A stretch of DNA of 63,959 nt, filler included, from Chiloscyllium plagiosum (lineage: Eukaryota): assembly GCF_004010195.1 (NCBI RefSeq). It is 5 parts of 2 records of this genome, joined end to end, with 100 filler letters (N's around TTAATTAATTAA, not from the genome) between each part and the next. Parts side by side here need not be neighbours in the genome. Positions count along the whole stretch, not along the records: positions 12,668 to 33,472 come from NC_057716.1; positions 33,573 to 46,976 come from NC_057716.1; 3 more parts are not named here. The stretch is one strand, 5' to 3'. Below are positions 26,755 through 37,111 of this stretch, piece after piece. Made by a program: the position numbers and the translations under genes. A model generated the notes under the pieces. It saw only the letters and a list, made by a program, of their open reading frames with translations, was not told the origin of the DNA and searched no databases. The first letter of the stretch is position 1, and each line of letters opens with the position of its first letter.

Positions 26755-27640
26755 GCAAGGTTTGTGAAAGTTTGTAGCTCAGGTTGAGGTTTAGGGTTTA
26801 GGTTTGCTCGCTGAGCTGAAGGTTTGACATCCAGACGTTTCATTACCTGGCTAGGTAACATCATCAGTGGCGACCTCCAAGTGAAGCGAAGCTGTTGTCT
26901 CCTGCTTTCTATTTATATGTTTGTCCTGGATGGGGTTCCTGGGGTTTGTGGTGATGTTATTTCCTGTTCGTTTTCTGAGGGGTTGATAGATGGTATCGAG
27001 ATCTATGTGTTTGTTCATGGCATTGTGGTTGGAATGCCAGGTCTCTAGGAATTCTCTGGCATGTCTTTGCTTAGCCTGTCCCAGGATAGATATATTGTCC
27101 CAGTCGTATTGGTGTTTTTTTCCCCTCCGTGTGTAGGGCTACGAGGGAGAGAGGGTTGTGTCTTTTTGTGGCTAGCTGGTGTTCGTGTATCCTAGTGGCT
27201 AACTTTCTTCCTGTTTGTCACACGTAGTGTTTGTGGCAGTCCTTGCAAGGAATTTTGTAGATGACGTTGGTTTTGTCCATGGGTTGTACTGGGTCTTTTA
27301 AGTTTGTTAGTTTTTGTTTGAGAGTGTTGGTGGGTTTGTGTGCTACTAGGATTCCGAGGGGTCTTAGTAGTCTGACTGTCACTTCTGAAACTTCTTTGAT
27401 GTATGGTAAGGTGGTTAGGGTTTCTGGCTTGTCGTGGTTTGTTCTTGAGGAATCTGCGGACTGTATTTTTTGAGTATCCGTTCTTCTTGAATACGTTGTA
27501 TAGGTGGTTCTCCTCTGTTTTCCGAAGTTCGCCTGTGCTGCAGTGTGAGGTGGCTCATTGGAATAGTGTTCTGATACAGCTTTGTTTGTATGTGTTGGGA
27601 TGGTTGCTGGTTGCTGGTGTAGTTAAGTATTTGGTCAGTG
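26755..27640 (-). mobile_element. Penelope-like element 3' part (degenerate RT C-terminus + GIY-YIG + hammerhead terminus)
   Basis: Minus strand reads NVVYKIPCKDCHKHYV*QTGRKLATRIHEHQLA-like GIY-YIG sequence, similar to 34976-35144. Hammerhead core at 26834-26867. Confidence 0.85.
26831..26870 (-). ncRNA. Minimal type I hammerhead ribozyme motif
   Basis: CCA CUGAUGA U GUUACCU AGCC AGGUAAU GAAAC GUC UGG: 3-bp stem I, 7-bp stem II, palindromic ACGU stem III, GUC cleavage triplet. Confidence 0.75.
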
Positions 27641-29375
27641 CTCCCTCACTGACACCTCATTCACTTGCCCTGCCTTATTTCCCAAGAGTAGGTCATGTTT
27701 TAACCTTCTCTCGTAGGTACATCCACGTACTGAATCAAAAAATATCTTGTACACACTTAACAAATCCCTCTCCATCTAAACCCTTAACACTATTGGAAAG
27801 TTAAAATCCCCCACCATAACCACCCTATTATTCTTACAGATAACTGAGATCTCCTTACAAATTTGTTTCTCAATTTCCCTCTGACTATTAGGGGGTCTAC
27901 AATACAATCCCAATAAGGTGATCATCCCTTTCTTATTTCTCAATTCCACCCAAATAACTTCACTGGAATGTTTCCGGGAATATCCTCCCAAAGTACAACT
28001 ATAATGCTATCCCTTATCAAAAATGCCATTCCCCTCCTCTCTTGCCTTTTTTTCTGTCCTTCCTGTAGCATTTGTATCCTGGGACATTTAGCTGCCAGTC
28101 ATGTCCATCCTTGAACCACATTTCTGTAATTGCTATGATACCCCAGTCCCATGTTCCTCACCATGCCCTGAGTTCATCTACCTTCCTTGTTAGGCCTCTT
28201 GCATTGAAATAAATGCAGTTTAATTAATCAGTCCAACCTTGTTCTCTGCTTTTTCCCTGCATGCCCTGACTGTTTGACTCGCCTTTGTTCTCAACTGTAC
28301 CAGTCTCAGATTGAAATCTTTCCTCAACTAGAAGAATTCGACAAGGGGTTGTAGACAGGGCTTTAAAGTAAATGGGGAGGGGACAGTGTTTCAGTTATAG
28401 GGGAAATTAGAAAAACTGAATTAAAGGAGGCAGTAAGAGTGCAGAACTCAGGGGAGGTCAACAAAATCTCTAGCACAGACACAAATAGAATGGAGTGTTT
28501 GGAAAGAGCAATTAAACTTCAAGAACACTGGAAAAATGAACGACAATGAGGAGAGGGCCGGTTTATACAGGACTGAAGGTGTTATATCTGAATGCATGTA
28601 GTATAAGGTAAATGATTTTCTGGCACAGATAGAAATTGGCAAGTATGACATGGTGGGCATCACACAGACATGGCTGCCAAGGGACCAGAATTCGGAGCTG
28701 AATATTCAAGGATATACATCCTATTGAAACAATAGGTAGGTGAGCAGAGGGGTTGGGGTTACCTTATTAGTAATAAATGAAATTAAATCAATAGTAAGAA
28801 ATGAAGTAGGGTCAGATGGTGTAGAATCTGTGTGGGTAGAATTGAGGAACGCAAAGGTGAAAAAAAACCATAGTTGGAGTTGCGTACAGGCCTCCAGACA
28901 GTAATCAGGAACTGAGGTGCAAGATACACCAGGAGATAAAAAAGATGTGTAGGAAAGACAGAGTTACAGTGATCATGGGGGTTTTCAATGTGCAGGTGGA
29001 CTGGGGTAATCAGGTTGGTAGTGGATTGCAAGAAAACGAATTGGTGGAATGTTTATGAGGTGTCTACCTTTTTGGAGCAGCTTGTGGTGGAGCCCACTAG
29101 AGAACAGGCAATACTGGATTTAGTGTTGTGCAATGAGGCAGACTTGATAAGAGAGCTTAAGTTGAACAAAACCTGGGGAGGCAGTGACCATAATATGATT
29201 GAATTTGAGAGGGAGAAGATAGAATCAGGGGTAAAGGTATCACAACTGAATAAAGGCAATACAGAGGCATGAGGGAGAATTGACAGGGAGAGGAGCCTAG
29301 CAGGAAAGACAGTGCAATAACAATGACAGGAGTTTCAGGGAATAATTCAGGAGACACAGCAGAGATTCATCCCCA

Positions 29376-29690
29376 AGCAAACCTTCAAAGACCGCAATTT
29401 CCCCTCAGACGTGGTTGACGATACTCTCCACCGCACCTCCCCCACTTCCCGCTCCTCTGCCCTTGAACCCCGCCCCTCCAATCGCCACCAGGACAGAACC
29501 TCACTGGTCCTCACCTACCACCCCACCAACCTCCAGATACATCGTATCATCCTTCGTCATTTCCGCCACATCCAAACAGACCCCATCACCAAGGATATAT
29601 TTTCCTCCCCTCCCCTATCAGCGTTCCGGAAAGACCACTCCCTCCACGACTCCCTCGTCAGGTCCACACCCCCCACCAACCCAACCTCGA
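29376..29690 (+). mobile_element. Penelope-like element fragment (linker between RT and GIY-YIG)
   Basis: LVLTYHPTNLQIHRIILRHFRHIQTDP...PPLSAFRKDHSLHDSLVRS resembles vertebrate PLE ORFs. Confidence 0.75.
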
Positions 29691-29782
29691 TGTCCCGATA
29701 GAAACGTTACATCAAAGACTTGTTTCCAACAGTGATCGCATCTTTTGTTTACAGTGATTAAACAGGCACCGTCTCCAAATGT

Positions 29783-29786
<4 letters not shown>

Positions 29787-29818
<32 letters not shown>
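29787..29818. repeat. (GT)16 microsatellite
   Basis: Direct reading. Confidence 0.98.
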
Positions 29819-29823
<5 letters not shown>

Positions 29824-31707
29824 TGGGGACGGCGTTGGTAGGGGTTGGGGGAGTGGGTGGGTTTAGGCAGGGGAGTGCTTCTCGGGGTCGGGGGTGGTGC
29901 TGGACAGCGGTGTTGGGGTGGGGGGAGGTGTTGGACAGGGTTGGGAGTGGGGCTCAGGGTTGGGGAGGCGGGGTTTGGGGCGGGGCCTCACGCGGTTTGT
30001 GCTGCTGCAGTCTCCTGAATGAGGGGCAGACTTTAAAAACTCTGAGCCCCAGAGGAAAGGCATTTAATCAATTATCCGAACGAAACAGTGCCCGTCCATC
30101 ATGTTCGGATAATCAAGGTTGCCCTCTAATATGGTGAAGGGCAGTGGGAAACCACAGAATTGGAAAGCCTACGAAGTACAACAAAGGGCAACAAAAAGAG
30201 GGGGAAGATTAAATATGAGAGTAAGCTAGCCAGTAATATAAAGGAAGACTGTAAGAGTTTCTTTAGATATATAAATGGCAAAAGAGAAGCAAAAGTGGAC
30301 ATTGGACCACTGGAGAGACACTGGAGAGATTGTAGTGGGGAACAAGGCAATGGCTGAGGAGCTGAATAATTACTTTGCATCAGTCTTCACAGTGGAAAAC
30401 ATGAATAATGTCCTAGAAATTCAAGAGAGTCGGGGGCAGAGCTGAGTATCATCAAGGAGAAGGTGCTAGAAAAACCGAATGACCTGAAGATGGATAAGTT
30501 ACCTGGACGAGATGGACTACACCCCAGAGATAGAGGTGATTTTAAGGGAGATAGCTGAAAAGGTAGTGGAGATGGTAGTAGAGATCTTTCAGGAATCGCT
30601 GGAATCAAGGAGAGTCCCGAAGGATTGAAAAAATCGCTAATGTGACACCCCTGGTTAAAAAGAGAGTAAGGCAAAAATGGAAAATTACAGACCGATTAGC
30701 CTAAACACAGTCATGGGTAAGATTTTGGAGTCCATTGTGAAGGATGAGACTTCTGAATACTTGGAAGTGTGTGGTAAAATAGGGCAAAGTCAGCATGGTT
30801 TCATCAAGGGGAGGTCATGCCTGACAAATTTGCTAGAATTCTTTGAAGAAGTAACAAGCAAGTTAGACAAAGGAGAGCCAATGGATGTTATCTGCCTGGA
30901 CTTCAAGTAGGCTTCTGACAAGGTGCTCCACAGGAGGCTACTGAGTAAGGTAAAGGCCCATGGCATCAGGGGCAACGTGCTAGTATGGATAGAAGCTTGG
31001 ATATCTGGCATAGAGCAGACAGTGGAGATAAAGTGATCCTTCTCAGGATGGCAGCTGGTGATAATTGGTGTCCCACAAGGCTCTGTGCTGGGACCACAAC
31101 TTTTCACTTTATGCATTATTGATCTCGATGAAGGAACTAAGGGCATTCGGGCTTAATTTGTAGATGATACAAAGATAGGTAGGCATTGAGGAGGCGGGGA
31201 GGCTGCAGAAAGATTTGGACAAGTTAGGAGAGTGGGCAAAGAAATGGCAGATGGAATACAACGTGGGAAAGTGTGAGGTCATGCACTTTGATAGGAAGAA
31301 TAGAGGTATGGACTATTTTCTAAATGAGGAGAAAATTCACAAGTCTGAAGTACAAGGAAACTTGGGAGTTCTAATCCAGGATTCTCTCAAGGTAAACCTG
31401 CAGGTTGAGTCAGTAGTTAGAAAGGCAAATGCAATGATTGCATTTATTTTGAGAGGATTGGAATATAACAGCAGAGATGTACTTCTGAGGCTATATAAGG
31501 CTCTGGTCAGACCACATTTGGAGTACTGTACACGGTTTTGGGCCCCATATCTCAGGAAGATGTACTAGCCCTGCAGTGTGTTCAGAAGAGCTTCAAGAGA
31601 ATGGTCCCAGGAATGAAAAGCTTAAATATGAGGAATGTTTGAGGACTCTAGGTCTAAACTCGATGGATGAGAAGTGATCTAATTGAAGCTTACAGAATAC
31701 TGAATGG

Positions 31708-31901
31708 GAGAAAGTGAGGACTGCAGATGCTGGAACTCAAGAGTCGAGAGTGTAGTGCTGGAAAAGCACTACAGGTCAGGCAGCATCTGAGGAACAGGAG
31801 AATCGACGTTTCGTGCATAAGCCCTTCATCAGGAATGTCGATTCTCCTGCTCTTCAGATGCTGCCTGACCTGCTATGCTTTTCCAGCACTACACACACCC
31901 C
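31708..31901. mobile_element. Fold-back hammerhead-bearing PLE-derived element with a 15-bp TSD
   Basis: Inverted arms gtgtagtgctggaaaagcac...gaatcgac / gtcgattc...gcttttccagcactacac. Minus-strand core ctgatgaagggcttatgcacgaaacgtc. TSD cagaatactgaatgg / cagaacactgaatgg. Confidence 0.85.
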
Positions 31902-32664
31902 CAGAACACTGAATGGCCTGGATAGAGTAGTTGTTGGGAACATGTTTGCTTTGGTAGGAGAGACTAGGACCCATGGGCACAATCTTAGAGTAAAGGAAGA
32001 CCTTTTAAAACAGAGATAAGTAGGAGGTGTGGCATTTACCACCAGTATCAAACAGCATTAGAAATATACCTTTATGGCCTTCTGAAATACTGACTGTCCC
32101 TCTATTTTAGAGTGGCATTCCAACAACTGGACAATGTGATTCTGTCTTCTGCTCTATACCTTATTCATTGACAAACTTGACTTTGTGACTTTGTTATATC
32201 TCCCTCCCTTTTGTGTTTGTATTTACTTAGTAGATAAAAACTTCAAATGGAAAACTGGTCAACTGCTTCTCAGGAGTCTTTTTTAAGTCTGGGTTTGCTT
32301 TGAGGTTTATACCTTGTAATATTAAGGATATCTATTTGGGTAATTTTAATTAGACTTCACTTTTGAATCTCTTTTACTTTGGGCAAAGATTTAAATCCAG
32401 TGCTGCCTGAGGTGATAACATTTCTGTCTGACTGTTGAGAGGCCTCTGTGTAATGAGTTCGAAAAGTTTCTAATTGGTTTGGTTTGTAAGTGGCACAGGA
32501 AAGGGGACAAATAGTCAATGTCCAACAGGTGGTTTTAGTTAGCAAGCTCAATAGTAGATATGGGAAATAGGATGGAGGGGCATCTTGGAAAGATTTTTAA
32601 ACAAACTTTGATCTAGCCATGACTAAGACATTGGAAAAAAACCCATCAATGATATAGCCTGGAA

Positions 32665-32890
32665 AGGGATTGAGGATCTGAAAAGTGACTACAGAGAGTT
32701 AGGTTGGAAGCTGAAGAGCAGGATGTGTAGAGTAGTGATCTCAGGTTTGCTACCGGTGCCACGAAATAGTGAGATGAGGAACAGTCAGTGAATGCAGCTT
32801 AACACGTGGCTACAAGGCTGGTGCAGGGAGGAGGGCTTCAGATACCTAGACCATTGGGATACCTTCTGGGGAAGGTTGGACCTGTACATT
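32665..32890 (+). mobile_element. CR1 ORF1 (SGNH) fragment
   Basis: SGLLPVPR...LNTWLQGWCREEGFRYLDHWDTFWGR. Confidence 0.85.
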
Positions 32891-33572
32891 TTTTGCAGCA
32901 GAGAGCGGCGGGAGCTGGGCGGNNNNNNNNNNNNNNNNNNNNNNNNNNNNNNNNNNNNNNNNNNNNNNNNNNNNNNNNNNNNNNNNNNNNNNNNNNNNNN
33001 NNNNNNNNNNNNNNNNNNNNNNNNNNNNNNNNNNNNNNNNNNNNNNNNNNNNNNNNNNNNNNNNNNNNNNNNNNNNNNNNNNNNNNNNNNNNNNNNNNNN
33101 NNNNNNNNNNNNNNNNNNNNNNNNNNNNNNNNNNNNNNNNNNNNNNNNNNNNNNNNNNNNNNNNNNNNNNNNNNNNNNNNNNNNNNNNNNNNNNNNNNNN
33201 NNNNNNNNNNNNNNNNNNNNNNNNNNNNNNNNNNNNNNNNNNNNNNNNNNNNNNNNNNNNNNNNNNNNNNNNNNNNNNNNNNNNNNNNNNNNNNNNNNNN
33301 NNNNNNNNNNNNNNNNNNNNNNNNNNNNNNNNNNNNNNNNNNNNNNNNNNNNNNNNNNNNNNNNNNNNNNNNNNNNNNNNNNNNNNNNNNNNNNNNNNNN
33401 NNNNNNNNNNNNNNNNNNNNNNTCGGGCATAAGCCCTTCTTCAGGATTCCTGAAGAAGGGCTTATGCCCGAANNNNNNNNNNNNNNNNNNNNNNNNNNNN
33501 NNNNNNNNNNNNNNNNTTAATTAATTAANNNNNNNNNNNNNNNNNNNNNNNNNNNNNNNNNNNNNNNNNNNN

Positions 33573-35145
33573 TTTTTTGTCGGTTCCTCAGTGTGTTGTT
33601 TATCCTATTGGTGAGCTGTGGGGTGGGGTCAAACTCCCTCTTTTGGTAGGTGTTGGTATCTGCAAGTAGTTGTTGTGCTTTTTGGATGTACTCTGCTTTG
33701 TCCAAGATAACCGTCATTCTGCCTTTGTCTGCTGGTAGTATGATTATGTTCTTATCTTTTCTTAGTGATTTTAGTGCTTCCCTCTCCTTGGTGTTGAGGT
33801 TGTGTGTTTGCCTTTTCCTTGTTATCAGGGATACGATACTTTGTCTCACTGTTTGTTGTGTCTCTTCTGTCAGTCCATTGTTCCTGAGTGTGCATTCTAG
33901 TGCTGCTAGGAAGTCTGCTGTCTTGGCGTCCCTGTGGTTGTAGTTGAGCCCCTTGGCCAGTATTGTTCTTTCCGTGTCTGTGAGCTGTCTGTGGGAGCGG
34001 TTTTTAACCCAGGTGCATGTTGGAGTGTCCTCTTTGTTGTGTGTTAGTTTGGTCATTTTTTCTTTTAGTGCCGTTTTTTTGTGGTGTGTAATCCTGTTCT
34101 GTCCTATGGTGACAGCCTGTTCTATGGTCCGGGTCCATTCCTGACCATGGTCTCATTCGACATAACGGCACTGTTCACCTCTATTGACAAAGCCCTAGCC
34201 AGAGAAACAATAACAGACAACAGGACGTTGAACCCATCAACAAAGACGGCATACTTAAACTACTGGACTTGTGCAATAGTTCACATTCAACATTCACACA
34301 CTTCACATTCAACAACCAGATATACGAACAAATCAACGGAACACCCATGGGCTCACCGATCTCGGGACTCATAGCAGAAGCAGTAATGCAAAGGTTAGAA
34401 CCACAAATTCAACCCAAACTCTGGGTCAGATACGTTGATGACACCTTTGTAATAATTAAAAACGTGGAAATAGAGAACATCAACTCCACACTCACAGGAA
34501 TCCGATTCATGAGAGAGGAAGAAAAGGACAACCAACTCCCATTCCTAGACGTGAGGGTACAGAGAACACCAAACGGAGAATTCATCACTAAGGTACACAG
34601 GAAAGCCACACACACAGACCAAGTCCTGAACTATGAAAGCAACCACCCCAATACACACAAACGAAATTGCATCAAGACACTATTCAAAAGGGCCACAACA
34701 CACTGCAGCACACCAGAACTGAAAAAAGAGGAAGAGGAACCTATACAAGGTATTCGCCAAAAACAGATATCCTCGCAATTTCATCAACAGATGCCTAACG
34801 GATAGACCACAGAACGATGACATGCCACAACCCAAAGGACTAGCCACACTACCATACATCAAAACATCTCTGAACTGACAGCCAGACTACTGCGACCACT
34901 AGACTTATAACAGCACACAAACCAACAGCCACACTCAGACAACAACTCACCAGAACGAAGGACACAATACACAGTATGAGCAAAACTAATGTAGTGTACA
35001 AAAACCCACGCAAGGACTGCATCAAACACTATATAGGACAAACAGGAAGACAGCTAACGATCCGCATCCACGAACATCAACTAGCCACGAAACGACACAA
35101 CCAGCTATCCCTAGTTGCCACACACGCAGATGACAAGCAACATGA
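33573..35145. mobile_element. Penelope-like element with an inverted 5' segment (N-terminus on -, RT + GIY-YIG on +)
   Basis: Minus: LAKGLNY...ILPADKGRMTVILDK. Plus: VSFDITALFTSI, GTPMGSPISG, WVRYVDDTF, LPFLDV, NVVYK...YIGQTGRQLTIRIHEH. Confidence 0.93.
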
Positions 35146-35797
35146 NNNNNNNNNNNNNNNNNNNNNNNNNNNNNNNNNNNNNNNNNNNNNNNNNNNNNNN
35201 NNNNNNNNNNNNNNNNNNNNNNNNNNNNNNNNNNNNNNNNNNNNNNNNNNNNNNNNNNNNNNNNNNNNNNNNNNNNNNNNNNNNNNNNNNNNNNNNNNNN
35301 NNNNNNNNNNNNNNNNNNNNNNNNNNNNNNNNNNNNNNNNNNNNNNNNNNNNNNNNNNNNNNNNNNNNNNNNNNNNNNNNNNNNNNNNNNNNNNNNNNNN
35401 NNNNNNNNNNNNNNNNNNNNNNNNNNNNNNNNNNNNNNNNNNNNNNNNNNNNNNNNNNNNNNNNNNNNNNNNNNNNNNNNNNNNNNNNNNNNNNNNNNNN
35501 NNNNNNNNNNNNNNNNNNNNNNNNNNNNNNNNNNNNNNNNNNNNNNNNNNNNNNNNNNNNNNNNNNNNNNNNNNNNNNNNNNNNNNNNNNNNNNNNNNNN
35601 NNNNNNNNNNNNNNNNNNNNNNNNNNNNNNNNNNNNNNNNNNNNNNNNNNNNNNNNNNNNNNNNNNNNNNNNNNNNNNNNNNNNNNNNNNNNNNNNNNNN
35701 NNNNNNNNNNNNNNNNNNNNNNNNNNNNNNNNNNNNNNNNNNNNNNNNNNNNNNNNNNNNNNNNNNNNNNNNNNNNNNNNNNNNNNNNNNNNNNNNA

Positions 35798-35993
35798 TGC
35801 TACTTTCTCCCCACCCCCACCCTCCTCTCACTTATCTCTCCACGCTTCAGGCTCTCTGCCTTTATTCCTGATGAAGGGCAATTGCCCGAAACGTCAATTT
35901 CGCTGCTCCTTGGAGGCTGCCTGAACTGCTGTGCTCTTCCAGCACCACTAATCCAGAATCTGGTTTCCAGCATCTGCAGTCATTGTTTTTACC
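35798..35993 (+). mobile_element. PLE 3' terminus with an intact hammerhead core (35868-35895)
   Basis: ctgatgaagggcaattgcccgaaacgtc; near-identical in reverse complement to 60493-60690. Confidence 0.85.
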
Positions 35994-36611
35994 TTGGAGG
36001 GATATGGGCCGGGTGCTGGCAGGTGGGACTAGATTGGGTTGGGATATCTGGTCGGCATGGAAGGGTTGAACCGAAGGGTCTGTTTCCATGCTGTACATCT
36101 CTATGACAATTCAGATAAAACTGCTAAGTGGCTAATCTATCTCAGCCTCCTCTGAAGGTCCCCAGCATCATTGAAGACAGCCCTCAGCCAAGTCGATTCA
36201 CTCCACATGATATCAAGAGAAAACTGAAGCTACTGCATTCGGCAAAGGCTACAGAACCTGACAACAGCCTGGCAATGGCAAAGATGCCTTGTGCTCCATA
36301 ATGTGTAGCAGCTCTAGCTCAGCTGTTCCAATACAGCTACAACACTAGCATCTACCCGGTAATATGGAAAATTGCCCTGGCATGTCCTGTACAGAAAAAG
36401 CAGAACAAATTTAGCACAGTTAATCACTGCTCCATCAATTTATCCACAGTCATCAGTACAGTGATGGAAGGGCTTACTTGGTTACCTGCACTCTCATGTA
36501 TTTTCATCTGTCCTATAGTGAAACACAGAGAATGGTGTACATTATCCAGGCTTGGGCTGACAAGTGACGCTTGCACTTTAAAAGTGCCCAGCAGTGACCA
36601 TTTCCAATAAC

Positions 36612-36732
36612 TTGGAGGTGTCAGTGTTTGACTGGGATGGACAAAGTTAAAAATCACACAATACCAGGTTATAGTCCAACAGTTTATTTGGAAACACAAG
36701 CTTTCGGAGCACTGCTTCTTCCTCAAGTGGTT
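36612..36732 (-). mobile_element. Second PLE-like terminal repeat family (related copies ~11100-11225 and ~37286-37440)
   Basis: Shared ...gctccgaaagct...caaataaa(c)ctgttggactataacctgg motif with a degenerate hammerhead-like core. Confidence 0.55.
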
Positions 36733-36776
36733 GTGGTCAATGGAAATCTGTTCTGTGCTGTATTGTTCTATGTTCT

Positions 36777-37111
36777 ACTTTAAAGTTAGAAGGTCAGAGA
36801 GAGAAAGACTTTGTTTCCACACAGCTCACTGCTGAACTCCCAGCTAGTTCTGGACTGAACTAAGCTGCTCAGCTAGAGAGTTGACCGCTCCCCTTTCATT
36901 ATACAGGTCACTTCTAAAACATGACCACTTTGGCCTGAAGTCTGATCTGTTTACATATAAATAGAAAGGCCTCTCAATACCCTTTAATCTCTGTACCAAA
37001 CCAGTCTAATCGGCACTGAGAGTGGTTTATTATACCTCTGAAAAACTCTAAGGACATATTATCCTTGAGAAAAGGAACAGCTTTTAGAAAAAAGAAACCA
37101 GCGTTGTGACA
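36777..37111 (-). mobile_element. LTR-like fragment
   Basis: Begins TGTCACAAC on the minus strand and abuts CR1 sequence; no partner end or TSD seen. Confidence 0.4.

Larger units (their letters stand above)
25890..28330 (-). mobile_element. CR1 ORF2 5' portion in pieces (25890-26520, ~27780-28330), interrupted by CR1 tail and PLE insertions
   Basis: ORFs 25872..26129, 26072..26341, 27776..27991 (YCRPPNS, VMVGDFNFP). Confidence 0.8.
28330..32020 (+). mobile_element. Old CR1 (ORF1 end, EN, RT) broken by insertions at 29376-30130 and 31708-31901
   Basis: ORFs 28988..29272 (GSDHN), 30160..30357, 30677..30910, 31215..31568. Confidence 0.85.

Noticed and set aside
29745..30137. 130-aa Gly/Val/Cys-rich ORF
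   Set aside because: It is a product of the GT microsatellite and the G-rich tract.
32357..32551. ORF as a missing Ku80 exon 11-15
   Set aside because: No similarity to Ku80 and no convincing splice sites.
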